Source: Roseomonas sp. (GTDB lineage Bacteria > Pseudomonadota > Alphaproteobacteria > Acetobacterales > Acetobacteraceae). Taken from it: a DNA stretch of 64,000 bases. A model generated the notes under the pieces. It was not told the origin of the DNA, searched no databases, and was given only the letters and a program-made list of their open reading frames with translations. Shown here piece by piece: positions 37,460 through 46,681 of the stretch. Every line of letters begins with the position of its first letter. Within the stretch, counting starts at the first letter, position 1. The stretch is taken from contig JADCEV010000062.1 in assembly GCA_020249865.1 (NCBI GenBank), forward strand, positions 530-64,529. The letters run 5' to 3'. The position numbers and the translations under genes were made by a program.

Positions 37460-37690
37460 CTAACGCTTCTTGCCGCCGGCGCGTTCCAGGGACGCGATGC
37501 GCAGCGCGGCCTTGCCTGACGCCTTCGCGATTTCATTGTCCTGCGCTTCAATTTCCTTGCGCGCGGGCAAGTCCCCATCAAGCCCACCGAGCAATTCCGC
37601 TGGCACCTTCCGGTTGGAACGGCGGCTGCCATCCTCATAAATCACATCAAACAGCACGAAGCGTGCTTGGGTTCCTGGCTTATTGGCCAT
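37460..37690 (-). CDS. Small conserved-looking hypothetical protein (76 aa)
   Basis: MANKPGTQARFVLFDVIYEDGSRRSNRKVP.... Host-like GC. The start overlaps the upstream small ORF by 11 nt. Confidence 0.4.
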   Translation of the reverse strand: MANKPGTQARFVLFDVIYEDGSRRSNRKVPAELLGGLDGDLPARKEIEAQDNEIAKASGKAALRIASLERAGGKKR

Positions 37691-37868
37691 GGTGTTCTCC
37701 TTTAGTCCTTGAATCTTCGCTGGTGTCGGCTTCGGCATCCTGCGGTTCTTCGCCCGCCTTGCGCCGCGCCACCGCTTCCTTCAGCGCTTCCAGCTTGGCT
37801 TCCTTGCGCGCCTGTTTGGCCCGGTTCACATCAGCCCGGTTCTGCCCATAATTCGGTTTGCGCGCCAT
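37680..37868 (-). CDS. Small basic/charged hypothetical protein (62 aa)
   Basis: K/R/E-rich, predicted helical (NRAKQARKEAKLEALKEAVARRKA). Coding status is uncertain. Confidence 0.35.
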   Translation of the reverse strand: MARKPNYGQNRADVNRAKQARKEAKLEALKEAVARRKAGEEPQDAEADTSEDSRTKGEHHGQ

Positions 37869-37957
37869 GCCGCTTCTCCAAACATAAAACGAAAACGGGG
37901 CGACAAACGCCGCCCCGCTCCAGAAACTACAGCGCCCGAAAGCGCCGCAATCGCAGA

Positions 37958-38164
37958 TCAGATCTTGCGCAGATTGCCGGCAGAGATCTTGCCCTGCTGG
38001 CCCTTCTGCAATTCAAAATCAATCTTGTCGCCTTCATTCAGGCCTTGCAGGCCAGAACGCTGGACATCGCTGACATGAACGAAGACGTCCTTGCTGCCAT
38101 CATCGGGCTGGATGAAGCCATAACCCTTGGTGGCGTTGAACCATTTTACAGTGCCGGTTGCCAT
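37958..38164 (-). CDS. cspA: Cold-shock protein
   Basis: GTVKWFN..KGYGFI RNP1 motif and VFVH RNP2 motif. 68 aa. Confidence 0.95.
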   Translation of the reverse strand: MATGTVKWFNATKGYGFIQPDDGSKDVFVHVSDVQRSGLQGLNEGDKIDFELQKGQQGKISAGNLRKI

Positions 38165-38390
38165 GCTGTTTACTCCGGTTGAGAAACTCCGCCACGCGGG
38201 ATCGCGCTACGGGCCGACCATCGCTACAGCCCAACCATGGGAAGGCACGGGAAGCAGGTTTGAGGATACTCGCCAAACCTTCATGGGGCCGGGCCGAAAC
38301 GCCCAAACCGGACGAGGTGACAAGGGCCATATGGGCCTTTCGGAGCCCAATCGCAAGTTTTTCCTTAAAATGCCGAAAAAAAGAGCCGCG

Positions 38391-39122
38391 CTATTCCAGC
38401 CAATGCCGCGCCGCAGTGATCACCACGCCGTTGGAACGCCCGCCCGCAAAGGTCTCGATGCGTGATGCATAGCCCTGCGCCAGTATCATCGCAGTCGGCA
38501 GGTCAATCGCAATCCGCCCCGCCATGGCGATCCGCGCCTCCTGCCCCGTATTGCCAAGCCGGCCGGCCAATTCCACCGCGCAAAGCGCAACCAGCACCTG
38601 CCGAGCTTCGATCCGTGAAAGCCCCTCGGCGCGGCAGGTGACGCCGCGCGGGCTTTCGGGCACCGGCAATTCAAACGTCACACCGGGGGCGATGCGCCGT
38701 GCCGTCAGGCTCCAGCTTTCAAATTGCCGGCGCCAGGGAACCAGCGCGCCATCCCGCTCGGCATCGGGCGGGTCATGGGTAAAGCTTGCGATGCCGCCAT
38801 CATCGCGGCGCAGCACGGCCAGTCTTTCGCCGCGCAGCGCTTCCGGTGCCAGAATAAGGCGCGTCGCGCGCGCCCGCGCATCGCGTTCCACCGTCGCGAC
38901 ATTCAGGCAATCGCGCCGTGGCGTCCGATCCAGCCTTTCCCATTGTTCGCGGCAGAGCCTTCGCCAGCTGCCCCAGGCAGTCCCACCAATCGCTACCGGC
39001 GCGGTGATTGGCGTGACGGGCGCGCTCAAGGGCAAGGCAGGTGCGACGGTCCGCCAATCCGGCGCTTGCGCAAAAGCGGTTGCGCCGCAGAGGCTCAGCG
39101 CGAGCAGCAGAAGGCGCAACAC
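38391..39122 (-). CDS. Hypothetical secreted protein
   Basis: Signal peptide MLRLLLLALSLCGATAFAQA. No recognisable domain. Last gene of a 4-gene minus-strand operon. Confidence 0.45.
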   Translation of the reverse strand: MLRLLLLALSLCGATAFAQAPDWRTVAPALPLSAPVTPITAPVAIGGTAWGSWRRLCREQWERLDRTPRRDCLNVATVERDARARATRLILAPEALRGERLAVLRRDDGGIASFTHDPPDAERDGALVPWRRQFESWSLTARRIAPGVTFELPVPESPRGVTCRAEGLSRIEARQVLVALCAVELAGRLGNTGQEARIAMAGRIAIDLPTAMILAQGYASRIETFAGGRSNGVVITAARHWLE

Positions 39123-39125
39123 CCT

Positions 39126-40214
39126 CTAAATGCTGCCCGGCGTTGGGATAGCATTGATGCCAAGGCTGCGCGCGGTGTCCGCCAGAATATCCCAGGTGGT
39201 GGCATCCACCGGAATGCCACCTGCCAGCCGCGCCGCGCGTGTGGCCCTTTCCTTCTCACCGGCAACCAGCACGGGTTGGTCAGGATCGGCGGGCGGTGAG
39301 GCCTTCACATGCGCAATCACCGCGGCCATTTCGGATCGGAAAGCGGCCAGATCACCGAAGCGCGCCGGATCAATCACAAAGGCAAGCCAGCCATTGACGA
39401 TGCTGCCATCCTTCGGGTGATGCGGTGCCGCGGTCACGCCACCAATCAGCGCGCCGGCCAGGATTTCGCACATCAGCGCCAGCCCATAGCCCTTATGCCC
39501 GCCAAAGGGCAGCAAGGCGCCACGCGGCTGATCCCGATACAAAACGCCAGGATCATTGGTAGGCTTGCCCTTGGCATCCACCAAGGCGCCATCCGGCACT
39601 GGCTTGCCGGCATTGAAGGCCACACGGCACTTGCCAAGTGCGATAGCCGCCGTCGCGAAATCCAGGATAAGCGGGTGTTCACCTTCCGCCGCCGCCGGCA
39701 CGGCGACGCAGACAGGATTGGTGGACATGCGCCCATCGCTCCCGCCAAAGGGCGCCACCGCGCCGGGGCCGGAAACGCCATTGACGAAATGGACTGAAAT
39801 CATCCCGGCCCGCGCCGCCTGTTCACCGTAGGAGCCGATGCGCCCCAGATGATGCACATTCTTCAACGCCATCACCGCATGGCCATGCTGGCGCGCGGCA
39901 TTGATCGCCCAATCCATGGTGATGCGCCCAATGCGCTGGCCATAGCCCATCTTGCCGTCAAACACGGCAAGAGACGCCTCCTGCCGCACCGCTTCCGGCA
40001 TGGCGCCGGCATGAAGCTTTCCGGCACGGAGATTTTCCACATAGCGCACCAGCAGCATGATGCCGTGGCTGTCATGGCCTTGCAGATTCGATTCCAGCAA
40101 ATGATCCGTGACCATTGCCGCTTCATCTTCGGCGCTGCCGCCAGCGCGGATCATGGCATGCACCAGGCCGCGCAAGGCAGCAGGATCAACGCGGAGCATC
40201 GGGGCGGCTTTCAT
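39126..40214 (-). CDS. Ldh family (malate/L-lactate dehydrogenase type 2) oxidoreductase
   Basis: Ldh_2 blocks GHDSHGI, HLGRIG and PFGGHKGYGL. The ATG overlaps the stop of the upstream Bug gene (ATGA). Confidence 0.8.
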   Translation of the reverse strand: MKAAPMLRVDPAALRGLVHAMIRAGGSAEDEAAMVTDHLLESNLQGHDSHGIMLLVRYVENLRAGKLHAGAMPEAVRQEASLAVFDGKMGYGQRIGRITMDWAINAARQHGHAVMALKNVHHLGRIGSYGEQAARAGMISVHFVNGVSGPGAVAPFGGSDGRMSTNPVCVAVPAAAEGEHPLILDFATAAIALGKCRVAFNAGKPVPDGALVDAKGKPTNDPGVLYRDQPRGALLPFGGHKGYGLALMCEILAGALIGGVTAAPHHPKDGSIVNGWLAFVIDPARFGDLAAFRSEMAAVIAHVKASPPADPDQPVLVAGEKERATRAARLAGGIPVDATTWDILADTARSLGINAIPTPGSI

Positions 40215-41182
40215 GATTCCCTCCAGGGGCGGCGCTGCCACAGGCCGCGCAATTCCTTCTCATTACGCTCCACTTCGGCGCGATAGGCATCGCCGATCAG
40301 CGGCGCCAGCGGCAGGCCAAGCCTTTCCGCCTCCCTGATGAAATTCGGATCAGACAGCGCCGCGCGGAAGGCCGCTTCCAGCCGAGTGCGAATCTCTGCC
40401 GGCAAGCCCGGCGGCGCCACCACACCGCGCGTTGCCCCGCTCACCAGCCGATAGCCTTGCTCCCCGAAGGTTGGCACATCCGGCGTGCCGGCCCAGCGTG
40501 TTGCCGCCGCCTGGCCGAGGGACCTGATCTTGCCATCACGCAGCAGGGCGAGGCTTTCACTCATGTTGAAGGCGCCCACCTGCAAATGCCCGCCCAATAG
40601 CGCGGTCGAAAGTGGCGCCATGCCGTTGAAGGGCGCGTGGGTCATCGGCGGCACGCCGGCCATTTCCTCAAAGGCGATGACCAGCAGATGGTCATCCGAA
40701 CCAATGCCCGTGCTGCCATAGGAAATCTGCCCCGGCCGCGCCTTGGCCGCCGCGATCAGGTCGCGCAAATCCCGCAGCGGCGAATTGGCCGCGACGAATA
40801 GCCCGCCCGGATCATCAACCACATTGGCGATGAAGGTGAAATCAAGCGCCCGGTATCTGGTTTGCCGTTCCATGGGATAGGTCACCAAGGCCGGCACGGA
40901 TGTCGCGGCCAAGGTATAGCCATCGGGTGCGGCAGCGAAGGCCACTTCCCAGCCAAGCTGCCCGCCAGCGCCGGCCCTATTCACCACGACAAAGCGCGCG
41001 CCCGGCAGCTGCGCCTGAAGCCCCGGCAGGATCATGCGCGCCATGGTGTCTACCCCGCCGCCGGGCGGGAAGGGCACGATGATTTCAATCGGCCGATCCC
41101 CCGGCCAGGCGGCATGGGCAAGCCGCGGTGCGGCCAAGGGCAGGGCGGTCAGCCCGGTCAGGATATGGCGACGTGATGGCAT
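40211..41182 (-). CDS. Bug/TctC family tripartite tricarboxylate transporter substrate-binding protein
   Basis: Twin-Arg-like signal MPSRRHILTG. Blocks PIEIIVPFPPGGG.D, V.NR.GAGG and YGSTGIGS. Confidence 0.85.
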   Translation of the reverse strand: MPSRRHILTGLTALPLAAPRLAHAAWPGDRPIEIIVPFPPGGGVDTMARMILPGLQAQLPGARFVVVNRAGAGGQLGWEVAFAAAPDGYTLAATSVPALVTYPMERQTRYRALDFTFIANVVDDPGGLFVAANSPLRDLRDLIAAAKARPGQISYGSTGIGSDDHLLVIAFEEMAGVPPMTHAPFNGMAPLSTALLGGHLQVGAFNMSESLALLRDGKIRSLGQAAATRWAGTPDVPTFGEQGYRLVSGATRGVVAPPGLPAEIRTRLEAAFRAALSDPNFIREAERLGLPLAPLIGDAYRAEVERNEKELRGLWQRRPWRES

Positions 41183-41207
41183 GGTTTTTCTCCCGGTTTG
41201 ATGGTCT

Positions 41208-42221
41208 TCACGGAATGGATTTCAAAAACGCCGCGAGTTCTTCGCGCCAGAACCGCGCCTGGCCGGTGGTGCCATGGCCGGCGGTTTCCGTACTGCCCGG
41301 GATCAGCAACAGCTGCGCAGCCGGGATGCGGGCCATGGCGGCGGCCATCAGCCCGGTCTCGTGCGGGTTGCGTTCATCATCCGCGGAATTGATCGCGAGC
41401 ACCCGTGCCCTGATCCGCCCCAGCAGCGGTTCCGGGTCATAATCCCGTGATGCCTCATACATATAGATAAGGTCATTGGCGTCGGATGGGCCCGGCTGGG
41501 CCAGGCGTTGATCCAGCAGCGCATCCGCCGCCGCCCGAGTCGGGGCCGCCTGTTGCAAGGCCCGCGTCCCCCCATTGGTCGCGATATTGAAGAACAGGAA
41601 GGCCAAGGGCAGGCAAGCCGGCTGGCTGGTGTAATCCCCATCCTTATAGGACGGGTCGCGCCGGATGGTTTCAATCAGCAGGCGCCGCAGCATCCAATTC
41701 CGTGCGGACATCGCGGTGGGCTGCGCCGCCATGGGCACGATCGCATCCATGAAATCCGGATGGGTCACGCCCCAAAGCCAGGCCAGCATGCCGCCCATGG
41801 AATTGCCGATGATCAGCCGTACATGGCCGATCCCAAGGCCCTCGGTCAGCAGCCGGTGCTGCGCTGCCAGAATATCGGCGTAATTGAAGCGGGGAAAACG
41901 GGCCTTCAGCCCATCCGATGGCTTGGAGGATTTCCCCGCCCCCAGCGCATCAGGGATGATGATATGGTGCTTTGCCGCATCCAAAGCCTGGCCGGGTCCG
42001 AAAAGCTGCCCGGCAAAACCCGGCGAGATCATGCTGCGCGCGGACCCCGCCGAACCATGTAGCACCAACACGGGAATGCCCGAAGGATCACCAAGGGTCA
42101 GGTAGCCCAGGCGAAGCTCCGGCATCACCTCCCCGGTATGGAAGCGGAAATCCCGCGCGACCCAGCTGGCTTCGCTGGGTTCGGGGTAAGGGGCAGCGGG
42201 TACGGGGCTGGCGGCAGCCAT
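41208..42221 (-). CDS. Alpha/beta hydrolase (homoserine O-acetyltransferase-like)
   Basis: Blocks VLVLHGSAGS and GNSMGGM (nucleophile elbow), with a C-terminal GHG. AAGGAAAAGG lies before the ATG at 42221. Confidence 0.7.
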   Translation of the reverse strand: MAAASPVPAAPYPEPSEASWVARDFRFHTGEVMPELRLGYLTLGDPSGIPVLVLHGSAGSARSMISPGFAGQLFGPGQALDAAKHHIIIPDALGAGKSSKPSDGLKARFPRFNYADILAAQHRLLTEGLGIGHVRLIIGNSMGGMLAWLWGVTHPDFMDAIVPMAAQPTAMSARNWMLRRLLIETIRRDPSYKDGDYTSQPACLPLAFLFFNIATNGGTRALQQAAPTRAAADALLDQRLAQPGPSDANDLIYMYEASRDYDPEPLLGRIRARVLAINSADDERNPHETGLMAAAMARIPAAQLLLIPGSTETAGHGTTGQARFWREELAAFLKSIP

Positions 42222-42385
42222 GACCTTTTCCTTGCGCGTGGCGTTGCAGTTCAGCCTAGATCGGTTTGGCGGCATGGCAAATCGGCCCAAAGCTTGCCGC
42301 GCCCCGCACTGGCCCCTATACCCGCGCGCATATGCCAGCCCGCCCGGGCCGGCCCCGTTTCAACCGCGAAGATGCAGGTATTCCC

Positions 42386-42952
42386 ATGGCGAAGATGCAA
42401 GCCAACCAGATGCGCGCCGGCATGGTCATTGAATTTGAAGGCCAGCGCTACACCATTCTGAAGCAGAACATCATGATCCCCGGCAAGGGTGCCGCCGTGA
42501 TCCAGGTGGAAATGCGCAATGTTAAGTCCGGCGCCAAGAAAGATCAGCGCTGGCGCACCGCCGATACGGTGGAACGGCTGACCACCGAGGATAAGGAATT
42601 CACCTATTCGTATGAGGATGGCGAGAATCTGGTCCTGATGGACCCGGAAACCTTCGAACAGACCCTGGTGCCCAAGGATATCCTGGGCGACCGCCTGCCC
42701 TTTTTGCAGGAAAACATGACGGTCAATGTGAAACTGATCGAAGGTGAGCCAGTTTCCATGGACCTGCCTGAGACCGTTACGCTTGAAATTGTGGAAGCCG
42801 ATCCGGTGGTGAAGGGGCAGACCGCTTCTTCCTCCTACAAGCCCGCGGTGCTTTCCAATGGGGTCAAGGTGATGGTGCCGCCCTTTATCACGGCAGGTGA
42901 AAAGATTGTCGTGAAGACCGCCGATGGTACCTATTACGAAAGGGCGAAGTAA
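42386..42952 (+). CDS. efp: Elongation factor P
   Basis: 188 aa from MAKMQANQMRAGMVIEFEG. The KPGKG-like loop reads IPGKGAA. OB domains run to the C-terminus. Confidence 0.95.
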   Translation: MAKMQANQMRAGMVIEFEGQRYTILKQNIMIPGKGAAVIQVEMRNVKSGAKKDQRWRTADTVERLTTEDKEFTYSYEDGENLVLMDPETFEQTLVPKDILGDRLPFLQENMTVNVKLIEGEPVSMDLPETVTLEIVEADPVVKGQTASSSYKPAVLSNGVKVMVPPFITAGEKIVVKTADGTYYERAK

Positions 42953-43038
42953 GGCGGGCAGGGCGGGCTGTATCGCCATGGCCCGCCAAATATCTTTGTT
43001 AAGGAAAATTGCCCCCGAGTGAAAAAAACGGCCCGGCG

Positions 43039-43055
43039 TTTAGGATTTGTTAACC
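43039..43055 (+). promoter_or_regulatory. Conserved flagellin upstream motif TTTAG-N6-TTAACC (copy 1)
   Basis: TTTAGGATTTGTTAACC lies 96 nt before the flagellin ATG. The same motif with the same spacing lies 100 nt before the second flagellin ATG. Confidence 0.3.
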
Positions 43056-43150
43056 TTTTCCGGGTTTAGTGTCGTCACGTCGCAAAATGCGGTGGAACTT
43101 AGGTGCGAAAGTCTCTTTGAGGCGCGCGCTGTTGGAACGGAAAAACTCCG

Positions 43151-43984
43151 ATGACGATGAATTCCATCAATACGAATGCGCAGGCGCTGATCGCGCTGCA
43201 ATCGCTCAACACGACCAACACGCAAATGTCCGTCACGCAGAAGCGTGTTTCCACGGGCTATCGTGTGGCCGATGCCAAAGATGATGGTGGCGCATTTGCT
43301 GTGGCGCAGGCAGTTCGTTCCGATGTGGCTGGCGTCATCGCCGTTGGTGAGCAATTGGGCGGCGTCAAGGGCATTTTGCAGACCACCTTCGCCGCGCTCT
43401 CAGTCGTTTCTGACACAATGAAGCAGGTTCGCGCCGTGCTGACGCGCTTGGCGGATAGCGCCATTAGCGCGGATCAGCGCGCCACCTATGTGCAGCAGTA
43501 CGAACTTCTGGCCGGGCAGGTTGCAAGCTTCGTTGACGACGCTTTCTATAATGGTCGTACCCTCCTTTCGACCAATGCCGGTGCGAATGGCGGCAATATC
43601 ACAGCCATCCGGAATGAAAGTGGCGCTACCTTCACCATCAATGCCGTGGATGGTGCCACCTTGAAAATGCCCGCAACCGCGCCAGCCAACGCAACCATAG
43701 CGACAAGCTGGATCGTCAGCGGGGGTGACTTTGATGATGTGGATAAGGCGATTTCAACGGCGCTCAACGAATTTGGCTCCTCCATGGCTTTTGTGGATAA
43801 TCAGGTCAAATACAATTCACAAAAGGTAGACGCCATGGAAACTGGGCTTGGCGCGCTGGTGGATGCCGATCTTGCCAAGGAAAGCTCCACGCTGGAGGCG
43901 TTGAAAGTCCGCCAGCAGCTAGGTGTACAAACTCTGGGGCTGGCCAATCAGGGGCCGCAGGTTCTACTAGGGCTGTTCCGTTAA
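43151..43984 (+). CDS. Flagellin (short, Caulobacter type)
   Basis: N-terminal INTN..A..AL.SL and C-terminal LGVQTLGLANQGPQVLLGLFR. 277 aa. Confidence 0.92.
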   Translation: MTMNSINTNAQALIALQSLNTTNTQMSVTQKRVSTGYRVADAKDDGGAFAVAQAVRSDVAGVIAVGEQLGGVKGILQTTFAALSVVSDTMKQVRAVLTRLADSAISADQRATYVQQYELLAGQVASFVDDAFYNGRTLLSTNAGANGGNITAIRNESGATFTINAVDGATLKMPATAPANATIATSWIVSGGDFDDVDKAISTALNEFGSSMAFVDNQVKYNSQKVDAMETGLGALVDADLAKESSTLEALKVRQQLGVQTLGLANQGPQVLLGLFR

Positions 43985-44015
43985 GCCCGCGCGCCATTTG
44001 CCGCTTTTTTGCGAT

Positions 44016-44047
44016 GCGCCCAGCCTTGTGCTGGGCGTAACTTTTTT
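44016..44047 (+). terminator. Rho-independent terminator after flagellin 1
   Basis: Stem GCGCCCAGC/GCTGGGCG with loop CTTGT, followed by TAAC TTTTTT. Confidence 0.75.
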
Positions 44048-44192
44048 GGCGCCCGCGGGAGCGTCCCGTAGAGGCCCAGCCGAACCCTATGGGCTTGATC
44101 CAGCCAAAAACTGGCGTAAGCCTTGCCGCTTCAGCTGTCTGGTAATCTTCGCTTAAAAAAAATTGATCAGGCTTTAGTTTTTTCGGTCGGCA

Positions 44193-44209
44193 TTTAGTTT
44201 TTATTAACC
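44193..44209 (+). promoter_or_regulatory. Conserved flagellin upstream motif TTTAG-N6-TTAACC (copy 2)
   Basis: TTTAGTTTTTATTAACC lies 100 nt before the ATG at 44309. Confidence 0.3.
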
Positions 44210-44308
44210 ATCATCGGGCAGAGTGAGGAGGCGCCGCAAAAAGCGGATGACAAACTGGCAATCGCTACTCAGGGTAGAGCGGGCGCCACTTGAAAGGGGA
44301 AGACCCCA

Positions 44309-45145
44309 ATGTCGTTCAATTCTGTCAATACCAATCGTCAGGCCGTTTTCGCCCTGCAATCCCTCAATCAGACCAACTCTGAACTGGGCTTTGTGCAGAA
44401 GCGCGTTTCCACCGGTTTCCGTGTTGCGGATGCCCGGGATGATGGTGGCGCCTTCGCCGTGGCTCAGGCGGTTCGTTCGGATGTCGCGGGCGTCACGGCG
44501 GTTGGCGAACAGCTTGGTGGTACGCGGGGTATTCTCTCCACCACCTTCGCCTCGCTTTCCGTGGTGTCCGACACCATGAAGCAGGCGCGCGCCGTGCTGA
44601 CCCGCTTGGCTGATGCCGCCGTCACCGGCGCCTCGCGTACCCAGTATGAAGAACAGTACACCTTGCTCGTCAACCAGATCGGCAGCTTCATTGACGATGC
44701 ATTCTATAATGGTCGTACGCTGTTGAGCACCGACGCTGGTGCCGGTGGTGGTAACATCGTCAGTATCCGCAACGAATCTGGGGGAACCTTCACCATCCAA
44801 GCTGTCGATGGCGCAGACCTCAGGCTCAATACGACAGTGCCGGCGGACGCGGCGGCCGCGGTGGCCAGGCTTGCCCCTGGCACTGGCGACTTCGATGTGA
44901 CAGACGCTGCCATTTCGACCGCGCTCAACAAGTTCGGCGCACAGATGCAGTTCGTGGACAATCAGACGGTCTATAACTCCAAAAAGATTGACGCCATGAA
45001 TGATGGTCTTGGCGCGCTCGTGGATGCTGACCTTGCCAAAGAAAGTTCTTTGCTCCAGGCACTGCAAACAAGACAGCAGCTTGGTGTCCAAACCCTTGGC
45101 ATTGCGAATCAGGGGCCGCAGGTCCTCCTCAGTCTCTTTCGCTAA
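44309..45145 (+). CDS. Flagellin (short, Caulobacter type), paralog
   Basis: 278 aa, collinear with the first flagellin. By eye the termini are highly similar and the centre is more divergent. Confidence 0.92.
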   Translation: MSFNSVNTNRQAVFALQSLNQTNSELGFVQKRVSTGFRVADARDDGGAFAVAQAVRSDVAGVTAVGEQLGGTRGILSTTFASLSVVSDTMKQARAVLTRLADAAVTGASRTQYEEQYTLLVNQIGSFIDDAFYNGRTLLSTDAGAGGGNIVSIRNESGGTFTIQAVDGADLRLNTTVPADAAAAVARLAPGTGDFDVTDAAISTALNKFGAQMQFVDNQTVYNSKKIDAMNDGLGALVDADLAKESSLLQALQTRQQLGVQTLGIANQGPQVLLSLFR

Positions 45146-45155
45146 TGGCAACAAG

Positions 45156-45220
45156 GCTGAGGAGATGACCTCCTCAGCGCAAGAATAAAGTGATGGCCCC
45201 GGTCAAGCCGGGGCCATCAC
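45156..45220 (+). terminator. Tandem strong hairpins after flagellin 2 (probable terminator, no clean T-run)
   Basis: A 9-bp stem GCTGAGGAG/CTCCTCAGC (45156-45178) and a 13-bp stem GTGATGGCCCCGG/CCGGGGCCATCAC (45190-45220). Confidence 0.45.
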
Positions 45221-45239
45221 CCAAAACCGGAGACAAAAA

Positions 45240-45665
45240 ATGTCAACGCTCGTACTCGAACTCCGCCAAGGCGACATGATGATCGTCAATGGCGCCCCAA
45301 TCCGCTTCCGCAACCGCGCGCGGATTGAACTCACTGCCAAGGCTCGCTTCCTGTTCGGCAAGCAATTGATGACGCCCGATATGGCTGATACGCCAGCCCG
45401 GCGCATCTACTTCGCCTTGCAGACCGCCTATATCGGCGATCATGAGGAAAGAAAGGCCGGGCTTGAGGAAGCGAAGCAACGCATCGCCGAATTCAAGGAA
45501 GCGACCACATCAAATCTCGCGCGGGAATATCTGGACCGTGCATTGGCACTGGCGGAAGAAGATCAGTGCTACCAGGCGTTGAAATTCGCTCGCCGCGTCA
45601 TGCGCCATGAAGAAGTGGTGATGGGCCTGACGCCCATCGCGCAATTTGCTACCACGGCTGAATGA
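45240..45665 (+). CDS. flbT: Flagellar biosynthesis repressor FlbT
   Basis: L.L..G....ING..I......R.......A..L....M.P..A.TPARRIYF pattern. It lies adjacent to the flagellins and is coupled to flaF. Confidence 0.8.
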   Translation: MSTLVLELRQGDMMIVNGAPIRFRNRARIELTAKARFLFGKQLMTPDMADTPARRIYFALQTAYIGDHEERKAGLEEAKQRIAEFKEATTSNLAREYLDRALALAEEDQCYQALKFARRVMRHEEVVMGLTPIAQFATTAE

Positions 45666-46024
45666 CGGCGACACCAATGAACCAAATGCTTGGACCGCGT
45701 GGCTATGGTGCCACGCAAAGAGTCAGGACGCTGCGCGAACAGGAAGCCGATGTCTTCCGCCGCGTCAATTATGGCCTGAAGGCCGCACTGAATGGCGATG
45801 CGATAGATCGCGCCCGGGCCGTTTCGGATAATCGGCGCCTTTGGTTGGCTATTGAAGCGTCGCTGATCAATCCGGAAAATCAGCTTCCTGAGGTCACGCG
45901 CGTTGGCATCATGCGTCTTGGTCGCGGCGTGCAGCGTGAAATGGAAAATCAGGAACCGGATATCGAGTTCCTGATCAATATTAACGATCAGATGATCGCC
46001 GGGCTTTCCGGCGATCCGGGCTGA
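45662..46024 (+). CDS. flaF: Flagellar biosynthesis regulator FlaF
   Basis: RE.EA.VF..V...L....., NRRLW and LP..... pattern. The ATGA overlaps the flbT stop. Confidence 0.75.
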   Translation: MTATPMNQMLGPRGYGATQRVRTLREQEADVFRRVNYGLKAALNGDAIDRARAVSDNRRLWLAIEASLINPENQLPEVTRVGIMRLGRGVQREMENQEPDIEFLININDQMIAGLSGDPG

Positions 46025-46034
46025 ACCGCCCGCT

Positions 46035-46613
46035 TCAAATCATCCGCATCAGCGTTCCATCGCGCCTGATCGCGTGGTGGAACAGCGCGCCGCCCACATG
46101 CAGCGCAATCAGCACCACCAAAGACCAGCCGCCTATTGTGTGTAGCAGCTTCAAGATCTTGGCGAGGCTTTCCCAAGCCTCCATGAATTTCGGAAACTCG
46201 ATAAAGCCCAAATAAGCGGTCGCACCCCGCATTGGGAAACCCCAGGCATTGGTCGCCATGAAGCCCAGCAAGGGCTGGATGATCAGCAGCGCATAAAGCG
46301 AATGATGCACGGCGGCTGAGGCAGTGCGGAACATTTTCGGCATGTCATTCGGCAGGCTGGGCGGCGGGCTGAGCCGGCGCCAGATCAGCCGGGCAATGGC
46401 GACAAATAGGATGGTCAGCCCCGCGCTTTCATGCACGGCGTAAAACCCCATCTTGCTGTCATCCTTCACATATTGGATGACGAAGCCAAGCGGCAGCGCC
46501 ACCAGCATCAGGCCCAGCGTCACCCAATGAAACAGCTTCGCGATTGCGCCATATTGCCCCGCCGGATGCGCCGCATCGGTTCCCTTGGGGGGCAAAGCTG
46601 CCATGCCATCCAT
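46035..46613 (-). CDS. Cytochrome b561 family protein
   Basis: Four TM helices with conserved His residues (KLFHW, YAVHES, HHSLYA, LHTIGG). Confidence 0.75.
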   Translation of the reverse strand: MDGMAALPPKGTDAAHPAGQYGAIAKLFHWVTLGLMLVALPLGFVIQYVKDDSKMGFYAVHESAGLTILFVAIARLIWRRLSPPPSLPNDMPKMFRTASAAVHHSLYALLIIQPLLGFMATNAWGFPMRGATAYLGFIEFPKFMEAWESLAKILKLLHTIGGWSLVVLIALHVGGALFHHAIRRDGTLMRMI

Positions 46614-46681
46614 CACGCTCTCCCTTCGTCTTGCCGGCAGCATGACACGAAGCGCGCCGCGCGCGCGAGGGGTTTTGCGCC

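Noticed and set aside
38165-38390. The long (about 225 nt) spacer upstream of cspA as a cold-shock 5' UTR thermosensor.
   Set aside because: This is plausible from what is known of csp genes, but I could not identify a promoter, a cold-box, or convincing alternative structures by eye.
43093-43106. Sigma54-like TGGAAC-N5-TGC upstream of the first flagellin.
   Set aside because: The GG-to-GC spacing is one nt shorter than the TGGCAC-N5-TTGC consensus, and there is no equivalent element at the second flagellin. This is probably chance.
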